IMG/VR virus record: IMGVR_UViG_3300006104_000014
Span: 1-64,000 of that record
Length of the DNA: 64,000 nt
From: a virus
Strand: one strand, 5' to 3'
Shown here one piece after another: positions 20,911-29,700 of this stretch. Within the stretch, counting starts at the first letter, position 1. Each line of letters starts with the position of its first letter. Both the position numbers and the translations under genes were made by a program. The notes below the pieces were generated by a model that had not been told where the DNA came from, ran no database searches, and saw nothing but the letters and a program-made list of their open reading frames with translations.

Positions 20911-21491
20911 TATTGGTACTCTACCTCTATAGTAAACTCGATCATATCATTAAGAGCAATTGGAACTTCGGGGAAATCAACTTTAGCAAATAATCCTGGT
21001 TCTGCTTGAGTTACAGCTGTGTTAGCTGCACATTGAGCTAATGGTAACGATCCATTTTGCCCTCTTAGTACATAAAGACCATATTGATCTCCACTAGCTA
21101 TAGTCATTACTTCTGTTACTACCTGTATGTTGTCTCCAGTTGTAAAGTATGGAGAACCAGAAACTTCTATATAACTTTGACTAGTACTAGAAATTTCACT
21201 AGTTAAATACCCTTGGGTTTGTGTATTTGCATCAAAATAGATTAACCCAATATTAGTCATATCATAACTACCAGGTGAAGTAAATGTAGCTGTAAAATAG
21301 GCAGTTGACCCAGAGGCGTTTACATTAAATTGTGGTCTAGAGTAACCATTAGCTTCTACTTCATTAAAGAGGGCTACATCAGTTACAGAAGTTGTTCCAC
21401 TCCCACATCCTACTCCAAGGTAAGTGGGCACAGCATAAGCCGATAACTCTGCATTGATGAAATTTCCATTAGTCGTTATTAGGCCTGTCAT
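20910..21491 (-). CDS. Virion structural protein (fibre or collar associated)
   Basis: YLGVGCG...DVALFNE motif and VLRGQNGS module. Confidence 0.55.
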   Translation of the reverse strand: MTGLITTNGNFINAELSAYAVPTYLGVGCGSGTTSVTDVALFNEVEANGYSRPQFNVNASGSTAYFTATFTSPGSYDMTNIGLIYFDANTQTQGYLTSEISSTSQSYIEVSGSPYFTTGDNIQVVTEVMTIASGDQYGLYVLRGQNGSLPLAQCAANTAVTQAEPGLFAKVDFPEVPIALNDMIEFTIEVEYQ

Positions 21492-21567
21492 ACTCTTCCT
21501 TAGATGGAGAAGGGTCCAAGAGATTACCTAAGTACTCTCTTGAACCGTCTTCTCTAACAATTACAGC

Positions 21568-21606
21568 ATGGACGGTTATTTTCCTACTGGAAGCAACCTC
21601 GTCCAT
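21568..21606 (-). terminator. Hairpin after the 21610 gene (terminator-like)
   Basis: ATGGACG...CGTCCAT closing stem with inner TTCC/GGAA stem. Confidence 0.35.
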
Positions 21607-21609
21607 TTA

Positions 21610-22527
21610 CTAGCACTGCTGATTCTTAGTGTTTCTTTGCTTAGTTTGGTCCAAGTTACTTTGGTATTGAGCAAAGTAACCATCTTGGATCTGAGTCTCC
21701 TGTACGTTAGTACCAATCTGACGGACTTGATATTGGTTTACAAGTGGGGTCTCAATCGAACCACCAGGACCACCAATTACTTGGTAGGCGTGAACTGTAG
21801 CATCATCAACCCAAGTTGGTTTTGCATAAGGACTACCAACGTAGTTAGGGTAAGGAGTTGATTCACTGATTTCAGCCAAGTTAACGTTAACAAGAGCAGC
21901 ACCACTAAAGAACGTTCCAGAACCTACAGCAAAATTACCACCAAAACCACTGGTGATGGTAACAACTAAGTTGGTACCACTAGTAACCGAAACTACTTTG
22001 GGAAGGTTAGGCTCAAAGAACGTCTGGTTAAAGGTAGCAGACGAAATAAAGTCACCAACCTTAGGAGCACCATTAACATAACCATAACCTGAGAACGTAA
22101 GGGTGTCACCATTAACTACATCTGGAGCACCATTAACACATGACGATACGTACCAAGGGTAGGTATCAATGTTGGGGGCGTCAGTTGTAAAGATAATGTC
22201 CGTTGAAGTGTGCTCAAGGTAAGAAGAAGGGCTTCCAACTACTTCAGCATAAACACCCGTTGGTAAAGCTGCAAGCATAGCATTTTGCAATGTCTTTACA
22301 GTAGCACCAGTTTGGATAGCATCAGAATCTACAACTATACTATTCCAGTCAGACTCAATGTTAATGTGGTTAACATCGATGGAGTTGACAACCAGTCTGT
22401 AAAGGCTCCAGCTTGTATAACCAGCGTTTACAACTTTGTCAACGTTGGTCCAATAAGAGTTAGCACCTGGTCTGGTATTTCCTCTTACAACCTGCTTGGC
22501 TGTCTGTTCGTAATTAACACTAACCAT
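21610..22527 (-). CDS. Virion structural protein
   Basis: 305 aa, beta-rich, in the capsid-proximal operon. Confidence 0.55.
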   Translation of the reverse strand: MVSVNYEQTAKQVVRGNTRPGANSYWTNVDKVVNAGYTSWSLYRLVVNSIDVNHINIESDWNSIVVDSDAIQTGATVKTLQNAMLAALPTGVYAEVVGSPSSYLEHTSTDIIFTTDAPNIDTYPWYVSSCVNGAPDVVNGDTLTFSGYGYVNGAPKVGDFISSATFNQTFFEPNLPKVVSVTSGTNLVVTITSGFGGNFAVGSGTFFSGAALVNVNLAEISESTPYPNYVGSPYAKPTWVDDATVHAYQVIGGPGGSIETPLVNQYQVRQIGTNVQETQIQDGYFAQYQSNLDQTKQRNTKNQQC

Positions 22528-22529
22528 TA

Positions 22530-22886
22530 TTAGAAACCTCTCTGTGTGGTGTTGTACTGACCATTTTGGAAAACAAGCCCACCGTTATTGACGGCTGCCC
22601 AAGGACCACCCGGGGGATTGGGGTTAAAGCCAATTGGGTTATAAACTTGTCTTAAGAATGGGTAAAAGAAGTTCGTATTAGCATACGTAAGGTTCTCAAT
22701 GGCGGTATTAGGTGTAACAATACCAACAGGCTCTGCAGCAACAGCAACTTCTTCTACTGGAGCTGGGGCTGGGGCTTCGGCCTTGGCAGCCTTAGTCTTC
22801 TTAGAAGGGAGCTCAGAAACAGCCTCTACTGGGGCCTCTGGCTCTACTACATTTTCGGTTTCAGCGTTAGCTGTTTCCTCGCTCAA
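22530..22886 (-). CDS. Hypothetical protein with Ala/Glu/Pro-rich N-terminus
   Basis: AGGAG RBS; low-complexity linker. Confidence 0.55.
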   Translation of the reverse strand: MSEETANAETENVVEPEAPVEAVSELPSKKTKAAKAEAPAPAPVEEVAVAAEPVGIVTPNTAIENLTYANTNFFYPFLRQVYNPIGFNPNPPGGPWAAVNNGGLVFQNGQYNTTQRGF

Positions 22887-22903
22887 CTTCTTTCTCCTTT
22901 AGT

Positions 22904-23509
22904 TTAGAGGATGAATTCTGTTTCTCCCTGACCCACGTGGGCTCGGAAATTCTTGGGGCTCTCTGGCTTATTTTGTGATTGAGCCCAAATTTGTTGGGGG
23001 GTTTGACTTGGACCATTTGGTTCTCCCTCTTCAGGGACACCTGGCTTGTACATACCATTGTTACTAGAAGCGTCTACACCTAATGATTCCATCAGGTGGT
23101 CAAGGTGACTTCCCGTCTCGTTCTTTTCGTCTTCAAGTTCATTAATTCTTTCATAAGCCTCTTCTTCGGAAAGGAACTTGATCTTTCCTCTTTGAACAGC
23201 TCTAAGAACAAATGGATCTCTTCTTAAGCTCTCGTCAAGCTGTTGAATCGAACCATGAATACCATTTGGCTTAAGCTTAAATGATAAACCCTTTGGGCTA
23301 CTAAAGTTTGTTGGGGAACTCATTAAGTTCTCAATCCATGCATCTGGAGTGATGTCTTGTAACCCTTTGGTACTTGGTGGAACAAAGACCTTAGCAGCGG
23401 AAAGGTCTACTGGGTCTGCCTTATGTTCTACAATCTCTCCGTCAAATGATGGTACATTTAACGGAGTTGATTCACCGTTTTCGCCTGCTCTTGATACTGT
23501 TCTAGCCAT
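22904..23509 (-). CDS. Hypothetical head-region protein
   Basis: AGGAG RBS; downstream of major capsid. Confidence 0.6.
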   Translation of the reverse strand: MARTVSRAGENGESTPLNVPSFDGEIVEHKADPVDLSAAKVFVPPSTKGLQDITPDAWIENLMSSPTNFSSPKGLSFKLKPNGIHGSIQQLDESLRRDPFVLRAVQRGKIKFLSEEEAYERINELEDEKNETGSHLDHLMESLGVDASSNNGMYKPGVPEEGEPNGPSQTPQQIWAQSQNKPESPKNFRAHVGQGETEFIL

Positions 23510-23612
23510 GATGGTCTCCTAGTTTCTAGGGAACAAATTTTGTTCCTCACGTTAAGGGAGTACTTCTTGATACTTATATTGCTATGATGCATTAATTACA
23601 TGTTACAATAGC

Positions 23613-23645
23613 AGAGAACCCCTGGCTTTTTACACCAGGGGCCTC
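23613..23645 (-). terminator. Intrinsic terminator after major capsid gene
   Basis: CCCCTGG-loop-CCAGGGG followed by TTCTCT on the minus strand. Confidence 0.55.
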
Positions 23646-23665
23646 CACCAAAACGATTGTTAAGA

Positions 23666-24679
23666 TCAGCTCTTAACGATCTTACCAAGGCCTCTTGGGT
23701 TAAGAACAATCTCGGAAACGAGCTCGTCCATGACCCAACCCTTGTGGAACTTCTCAGGAGTGTGGTTCTCCTCGACGTCTAGGGAGTACATGACTGGGAA
23801 TACACCTAAGAACTCAGGCGATGGGGTCATGTAAACGGTACCCTGAGGAACCTCGATCGAACGCTGGACTTGGAAGCCACCGAACTGAACGATTCTCTCA
23901 CCGGCTACAACGCGGTCCTTGAAGGCCCAACCGGTCTGGTTGATGTCCCACTTGTAAAGGTCACGGTAGTCAATTGGGTTGAACAGCAAGCGGCTGGCCT
24001 CCAACTGGTGGACCTCAATAAGAGCAACCAGGTCGTACATTGAGTCTGGGGTAATGTAACCCGAAAGCTCGTTGATGACGTGGTTAGGACTAACCGTGTG
24101 GTTAGGGTCAACAGCGTAGTTGTTAATAGCAGCCTCGAGCACCGTGATAAGACGGGCGTCTTCCTGCATCATGATAGCCTGCTTGGACATGTCCTGAGCA
24201 TACTCTACGATGTTGACTCTGAGGTACCAGAGGTCTTCCTTTTTGATTTGAGGGAACGTGGCAATACGGAACAGTCGGACCGGAACCTTTTTACCTTCGA
24301 ATGGGGTTACACGAACCTCACCCTCGTTACCCGACAGGATGTAGGCCTGGCCGTACTCGTCCAGGACATCGTACATAACAGGAACACCAGGGGTCAGTGG
24401 GTCCTCAAGCAGTACGTTACGGGTCATACCCTGATAACGGAGCTTAAGCTGGATAGGACCAATCATACCCTGGCCCAGACGGACCATATAGTTGTCCTTG
24501 TCAGCAAGGATCGAAGCTAAACGACGTTGCTTCTCCTCACGGGTGGCCGAAACACGACCAGTAGCGGTTTTGAGACGGTCACGAGCCTCAATAATGTCGG
24601 ATACATAACTGTCCGACTTTTTGGCGGTACGTGGTTGCAAGTGGTCTGCAACTCCGCCCATTGGGGTAATTGTACTCAT
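23666..24679 (-). CDS. Major capsid protein
   Basis: 337 aa with strong high-expression codon bias and AGGAAAGG RBS; lies after portal-protease-scaffold-decoration; C-terminal GWVMDELVSEIVLNPRG. Confidence 0.85.
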   Translation of the reverse strand: MSTITPMGGVADHLQPRTAKKSDSYVSDIIEARDRLKTATGRVSATREEKQRRLASILADKDNYMVRLGQGMIGPIQLKLRYQGMTRNVLLEDPLTPGVPVMYDVLDEYGQAYILSGNEGEVRVTPFEGKKVPVRLFRIATFPQIKKEDLWYLRVNIVEYAQDMSKQAIMMQEDARLITVLEAAINNYAVDPNHTVSPNHVINELSGYITPDSMYDLVALIEVHQLEASRLLFNPIDYRDLYKWDINQTGWAFKDRVVAGERIVQFGGFQVQRSIEVPQGTVYMTPSPEFLGVFPVMYSLDVEENHTPEKFHKGWVMDELVSEIVLNPRGLGKIVKS

Positions 24680-24708
24680 TATAGTATGTTCCTTTCCTGA
24701 GAACTAAA

Positions 24709-25239
24709 TTAGAAGCTGCCGTTGGAAACGTTGTCGACGAACCGGATAACAATTTGTGTTGGCCCAAGTACGTCAATGAGCTCAGCAACTGGAACTTCTG
24801 CCCAACCACCGGTTTGGATAGCTGAAGTCAACTGACCAGGTACGGTGTTACTGGCGAACAAGTAAGCACGGCTACCGTCCGTAGGAACAACATAAGCCTG
24901 AGTTGTGTCAAAAGCAGGAGCTGTAAGGGTAAAGAAGGCATTGTGCCCACCAAGCCATACGGCCCAAGCATTTACGCCGACCTGGGTAACATCGTCAATG
25001 TTGGCATTACGGTCAAGAGCCGAAAGACCAAATGGACGAGCACCAGACGAGGTAACAACAGGCCCACCGAGCAGAGCAACGGTGTCAGGACCACTTCTGG
25101 CCATTATAAAACCACTGTAAATGTTAGAGGTCTCGGCTGGGTCCAGGAAGGTGTTGTATGGGGTGGCCTCATACTTCTCATACAATGGGGAGCACGTACG
25201 GTGTACCCCAACGTTAGCTACGCTATTAAGCTGTAACAT
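24709..25239 (-). CDS. Capsid decoration / minor head protein
   Basis: 176 aa immediately upstream of the major capsid gene, similar codon bias. Confidence 0.65.
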   Translation of the reverse strand: MLQLNSVANVGVHRTCSPLYEKYEATPYNTFLDPAETSNIYSGFIMARSGPDTVALLGGPVVTSSGARPFGLSALDRNANIDDVTQVGVNAWAVWLGGHNAFFTLTAPAFDTTQAYVVPTDGSRAYLFASNTVPGQLTSAIQTGGWAEVPVAELIDVLGPTQIVIRFVDNVSNGSF

Positions 25240-25266
25240 GTTTGTTTCTCCTTATATATTGGGTTA

Positions 25267-28002
25267 CTAGAGGGTCATCAGGAAGTCATCAGCGATGATG
25301 TCCTGACGTGTTACTGAACTGGCTGTTGTCATACGGCCCATCTCTGGCATCCGATTGTTACCGGAGGCCACCTTTGCTACCCGGGGTTGACGGGCCCCAG
25401 ATTTTTCGAGCATGTCTACGTTCTCCTTGTAACCAGCGAGCTTTTCAGCAGACATTTGCTCAAACTTTGCAATGTGCATGGCCTTGTCTTCCGAGTTGAC
25501 CATACCCAAACGCTCAAGTCGATCTACTAACTCAATCGACTCTAATACTCTTTCTTTAGCAGCCTGTACAGCAGCTGCAACATTTACGGAACCAGTAGTA
25601 CCTTGGGTTTGGTACTCAAGACCCATGTAACCTTGCAAAGCAGGGTTGGTGGGGTCATTTGGCCATGGCTCACGGTGGTAATTATAAGCAAGACCATAAC
25701 CGGTCTCTCCGCCATCGTTGTAGTAGTCTGGAACGTCAGCTAACTGAAGCTGGTTAGGCTGTAAGTTAGGAACTGTAACCTGAGTCATTGCATCAGGTTG
25801 CATTACGTACTGACGGTCAAAAATACCGGCCTGGTCGTCAAGGTCTCTTACGTCCGTTGTACGACTGGTCTCTTGGTTACCATTAGTACCAATCTTGGAA
25901 ATACTCGAAAGGCTTTCCTCAAGTTGGATTAAGCTATTGCTAGCTGTACGGGTGTCCAGGGAGTTGTCAAAGTACTCTTCGAGATCAGCAGCAAACTTAA
26001 CTAAGGCCTTTGCTGTCTCAATTTCGTGCCTAGAAGACGTACGGAGGTTAGTGCTGTAATTGATAATTACAGAAGCAAGACGGTCTCTTAAGGTACTAAA
26101 GTCACCATCGCCATTAGCTTCAAGCTCTGTACGGAGGTTTCTTGAGGCTTCGTAGGCTTTGTAAAGAGATTCTTCAACACCATCGTATACTACAGCAGAT
26201 CCTCTAATATTTGGACGTGTACGAGCACCACCTGCACCATCTGCTGGGGTAGGCTTACCAAATGAAATGCCCTTTGCACGTCCACGACTAGATGCCTCTG
26301 GAGGAGTAGGCCCATGTAATGCTTCCATAGACTCTACAAAGTTTTGAGCGTATTCGTGGTTACCTGGACCGTGAGTCTCAGGAGTAACAACTTCACCACC
26401 GTCGTGGTGGTATTGAATACCGTGCCACTTACGCTTTGTTCTGTCACTGTATTGAGTTGTGACTACAGATGGGGAAGAAGGAAGATTCTCTCCTGTGTCT
26501 GAGTCAACAAATGGGATGGAATCTGGGTGAGCCGAACCTTCAGCAATTTGGTGAGGATAAGCATAACCTGCTGGAAGGTTGGATGGGTCATAGTCGTGAC
26601 CGGTGATTCTTCCAAAGTACTGACCCTGGTCATCACCCTTTCTTTCACTTGGATATGGGGCAAAGATACCACCAGCTGGGTGAGCCTCTTTGAAGGCTTT
26701 AGCATGCTCAATTGGGTCTACTTCTACTTCACGACCATGCTCATCGTAGTCAGTACCAAATCGGTCAACTGGGAACGTTCCAGGGGCCCAACCTTGGTTC
26801 ATGTTGAATGGCTTACCACCGGAAAGTGGGGAACCGTTAATGTTTTCTGGAACAGCTGTCTTTACAGAACCAAGCTTTTTCTTTCTGCAATCTGTACACA
26901 TGGGTGCACCGTCAACTCTACGGGTTGGAGTGTTGGTGCAGCCTTCTGTAGTACAATTTGAACTACGAAGTGGTGTACCCTTACCCTTAGCAAACTTAAT
27001 TTGCTCATCGCCACAAGGAGCACAAAGGTTGATTACTTCACCGTAACCAGCAACTTTGTAGGTGTCAGCATAGTCACCACAGGCGTCACAGGAAACAGCA
27101 GAAGCTCTTTTAGCTGTATTGTAAGGTAACCAACCAGGTTGCTCAAAGCTAGCAGGAGTACCAGCTACTTGAGGACCGGCGATGGGTTGTTGTTGCCAAG
27201 GAGACATTTCTGCATGTACCTCATTGCTTCCAGGACCACCCTGAATGTCGGGTGCATCAAGATTTGTAACATCTAACCAACGCTCTGGATAAACATCTTT
27301 CCACATGTCCATCTCTGGGGTTGGGGCTTGGGAGGACAGACCAAAGGGTCCATCCAAGTTCATGTTAGAAGTTTGGTCATACTGTACTCCGGGTACAGCT
27401 GCCTCTCTTCTAAGCTCATCGTCAAATCGACTCATTCTAGCTCCTGTCGGTTGTCTTTTGTCTTCTACTACTTCTGGATTGTGAATAATGTTATTCTCAA
27501 CCCCGGTAAGCTGATCGTCTTCTACTTCGGCTAAGTTGTCTTTGCCTAAACTATCAACGGAAGATTTCTTTGGATTCTTACCTGTATCCCTATTAGGATT
27601 CTTTTTGTTCTTTTCCCAGGGGATTACCTTTAGCTTTGGGTTACGCCCTATAACGTTGTCTTTATTCTGATCATTTGGATGCATTAGCTCCGGGGCTGTT
27701 GTAGTCCTACCACAAGACTCACACCAACCAACGGTGCAATTGGGGCACTTATCCTCTTGTTGTTTCTTTGCAGAATTTTTCTCTTGTAAAGCCTTCTTTT
27801 GATCTTCTTGTTGCATGTAAATATCTTCGGCCATCTGAGTCTTTTCACTCACATAACCACAACTCTCACAAGCTTGTCCATCATAAGTTGTACCACATTG
27901 GGGACATGGGCCCATATCCTGTGTGGTATCAACATCTGCCGGAATTCTTATTTTCTCTTCTGCAAACTTTAGAAGCTCTGCAGAGACTTTAAGAATTGGC
28001 AT
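25267..28002 (-). CDS. Large scaffold / prohead-core-like polyprotein with Zn ribbons
   Basis: Between protease and capsid genes; several CxxC modules; many KTA/RTAS/KFAA/KVAS motifs; helical C-terminus. Confidence 0.55.
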   Translation of the reverse strand: MPILKVSAELLKFAEEKIRIPADVDTTQDMGPCPQCGTTYDGQACESCGYVSEKTQMAEDIYMQQEDQKKALQEKNSAKKQQEDKCPNCTVGWCESCGRTTTAPELMHPNDQNKDNVIGRNPKLKVIPWEKNKKNPNRDTGKNPKKSSVDSLGKDNLAEVEDDQLTGVENNIIHNPEVVEDKRQPTGARMSRFDDELRREAAVPGVQYDQTSNMNLDGPFGLSSQAPTPEMDMWKDVYPERWLDVTNLDAPDIQGGPGSNEVHAEMSPWQQQPIAGPQVAGTPASFEQPGWLPYNTAKRASAVSCDACGDYADTYKVAGYGEVINLCAPCGDEQIKFAKGKGTPLRSSNCTTEGCTNTPTRRVDGAPMCTDCRKKKLGSVKTAVPENINGSPLSGGKPFNMNQGWAPGTFPVDRFGTDYDEHGREVEVDPIEHAKAFKEAHPAGGIFAPYPSERKGDDQGQYFGRITGHDYDPSNLPAGYAYPHQIAEGSAHPDSIPFVDSDTGENLPSSPSVVTTQYSDRTKRKWHGIQYHHDGGEVVTPETHGPGNHEYAQNFVESMEALHGPTPPEASSRGRAKGISFGKPTPADGAGGARTRPNIRGSAVVYDGVEESLYKAYEASRNLRTELEANGDGDFSTLRDRLASVIINYSTNLRTSSRHEIETAKALVKFAADLEEYFDNSLDTRTASNSLIQLEESLSSISKIGTNGNQETSRTTDVRDLDDQAGIFDRQYVMQPDAMTQVTVPNLQPNQLQLADVPDYYNDGGETGYGLAYNYHREPWPNDPTNPALQGYMGLEYQTQGTTGSVNVAAAVQAAKERVLESIELVDRLERLGMVNSEDKAMHIAKFEQMSAEKLAGYKENVDMLEKSGARQPRVAKVASGNNRMPEMGRMTTASSVTRQDIIADDFLMTL

Positions 28003-28003
28003 T

Positions 28004-28657
28004 TCAAGTCCTCATTTTAGCAAGAATACCAGCTGATTCGTCGGCGGGATCAAAAACGTAGCTAAGTTCAAAAAAGTTAGGTTTTACACAACTTTCGTAA
28101 ATTAAAACTTCTTTTCTTGAACTATCTTTATAAATAGAGACCCTTTGTCCCTTTAACTTAGGAATATGTTCACAAAATTCTGAAGGCTTAGAGGCTACTT
28201 TGTGGCAACCAGAGCAAATAGTTGCATCTACGTCAGCACCCATACTAACAGCATTCAATTTACCTTCCATAATAGCATTAGCTAATTTTGGAAAGCTTTC
28301 TGCATCAACCTCGGATAAAGCATAAACGGAACCATCAACAAGACCGGAAGCTAACTTTGTCTCCTTGTAAATAACATCAAGGATAACACCTTTAGCTTTA
28401 GTATGGTCACTGTTGTTGTGCTCTACGAACATTGGACGGCCAATAAATGTCTTATAGGCTGTTCTTAATTCGTGTACTGGCCAACCGTCGTAATTAGCAT
28501 TTACTCTGGAGGAGATTGCTCTAGATACGGTATAAACCATACCTTTTTCAGGAGTAAATCTAAAGTCCTGAAAGCCCACCTTATGCATTTGGATGGTCTC
28601 ACTTGGGGCTCCGTACCCCAGGGACCTTAATGATGGGCTTCCGAATTTTTTAAACAT
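28004..28657 (-). CDS. Prohead (capsid maturation) protease
   Basis: NANYDGW, GRPMFVEH, AVSMGA, FFELSYVFDPAD motifs of HK97/assemblin-like proteases. Confidence 0.8.
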   Translation of the reverse strand: MFKKFGSPSLRSLGYGAPSETIQMHKVGFQDFRFTPEKGMVYTVSRAISSRVNANYDGWPVHELRTAYKTFIGRPMFVEHNNSDHTKAKGVILDVIYKETKLASGLVDGSVYALSEVDAESFPKLANAIMEGKLNAVSMGADVDATICSGCHKVASKPSEFCEHIPKLKGQRVSIYKDSSRKEVLIYESCVKPNFFELSYVFDPADESAGILAKMRT

Positions 28658-28676
28658 ATTTATCTGACACTTACTA

Positions 28677-29102
28677 TTAGTGTTCTTCGGGCTTTACATT
28701 ATCGTGTTCACTAATAATATGCAGTTCTTTTTGGATTAAGTCAAGTTCAAACTTAGCATGTACAAGCTGATCTAATACTTCTCTGGTGTATTCACTTACC
28801 TCTAAGTGGTAAGAAGCTAATTCAGCTGCAATACGGTCACTACGTTTAGCTGCAATAAGTAATACACTACCCTGAAGACCAGCTAACATACTTAAAATAA
28901 GGTTAAGACGAAAGAATGGAGATGGGTCTACTCCAAAACCACCTGTAATGAGCCAAATAGCCATACATGAAGTAAACCCTAAAAGGAATGTCCAAGTACC
29001 TAAGCCATGACGCATACCGTCAGCAGCTTTTTCTCCGATGGTTCTATCTGAACCGGTTTTGCTAACGGCTGGGTGGAACTCCCAATGACTTATTTTAGCC
29101 AT
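28677..29102 (-). CDS. DUF1003-like membrane protein
   Basis: GTWTF...W...DPSPFFRLNLILSMLAGLQ...R pattern; two TM segments. Confidence 0.7.
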   Translation of the reverse strand: MAKISHWEFHPAVSKTGSDRTIGEKAADGMRHGLGTWTFLLGFTSCMAIWLITGGFGVDPSPFFRLNLILSMLAGLQGSVLLIAAKRSDRIAAELASYHLEVSEYTREVLDQLVHAKFELDLIQKELHIISEHDNVKPEEH

Positions 29103-29103
29103 G

Positions 29104-29469
29104 TTATTCCTCCCTAGCGTTAAGACCCCGGTGATATCCTTCGTGCTCTACTATACGTTCTCTTACTTTATCAATTTGATGGTGGAGGGAATCTTGTCCA
29201 TCTTTAAGCTCTTCTACCATCTTTTGAATTGTATTCCACTGATCTTTACTACTACTTCCACCATTGGGTTGGTGGTCTTTTACTAGAGTCTCTGAGTTCT
29301 CTTGTAAACACTTTAATTCTTCTTTAATGTCTTCAATTTGCTTATCTTGGTGCTTAGTAAGAATCTTATAGATGATTCTAATAGCTGTAGCTAAAGCAGC
29401 AAGAGCAAAACCTACGTTGGCAATATAGCCAGCCAAATTATTACTCGAATTAAAAAAGCTGGCTACCAT
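29104..29469 (-). CDS. Membrane protein with coiled coil (holin or lysis accessory-like)
   Basis: One N-terminal TM helix, PNGGSS motif, coiled coil. Confidence 0.55.
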   Translation of the reverse strand: MVASFFNSSNNLAGYIANVGFALAALATAIRIIYKILTKHQDKQIEDIKEELKCLQENSETLVKDHQPNGGSSSKDQWNTIQKMVEELKDGQDSLHHQIDKVRERIVEHEGYHRGLNAREE

Positions 29470-29471
29470 AA

Positions 29472-29669
29472 TTACTCTTTAATATAGATAGAATTTTTGA
29501 TATTTAATTTGTGGAAGTTACGGATTTGACCATCAATCTTTTCTTCGATGATGGCAATTCTCTCAAGACCAGATGCTAAACCAATAAAGGAGCTAGTGGT
29601 CAAGGAGGTATTAGTAAATGCTGTCTTTGGGAGCATTTTAACTTCTGTATTATCAAGTAAGTAACTCAT
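29472..29669 (-). CDS. Small hypothetical protein
   Basis: 65 aa with plausible RBS. Confidence 0.5.
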   Translation of the reverse strand: MSYLLDNTEVKMLPKTAFTNTSLTTSSFIGLASGLERIAIIEEKIDGQIRNFHKLNIKNSIYIKE

Positions 29670-29700
29670 ATCAATTTCTTTCTATAATTAGGAAGATTAA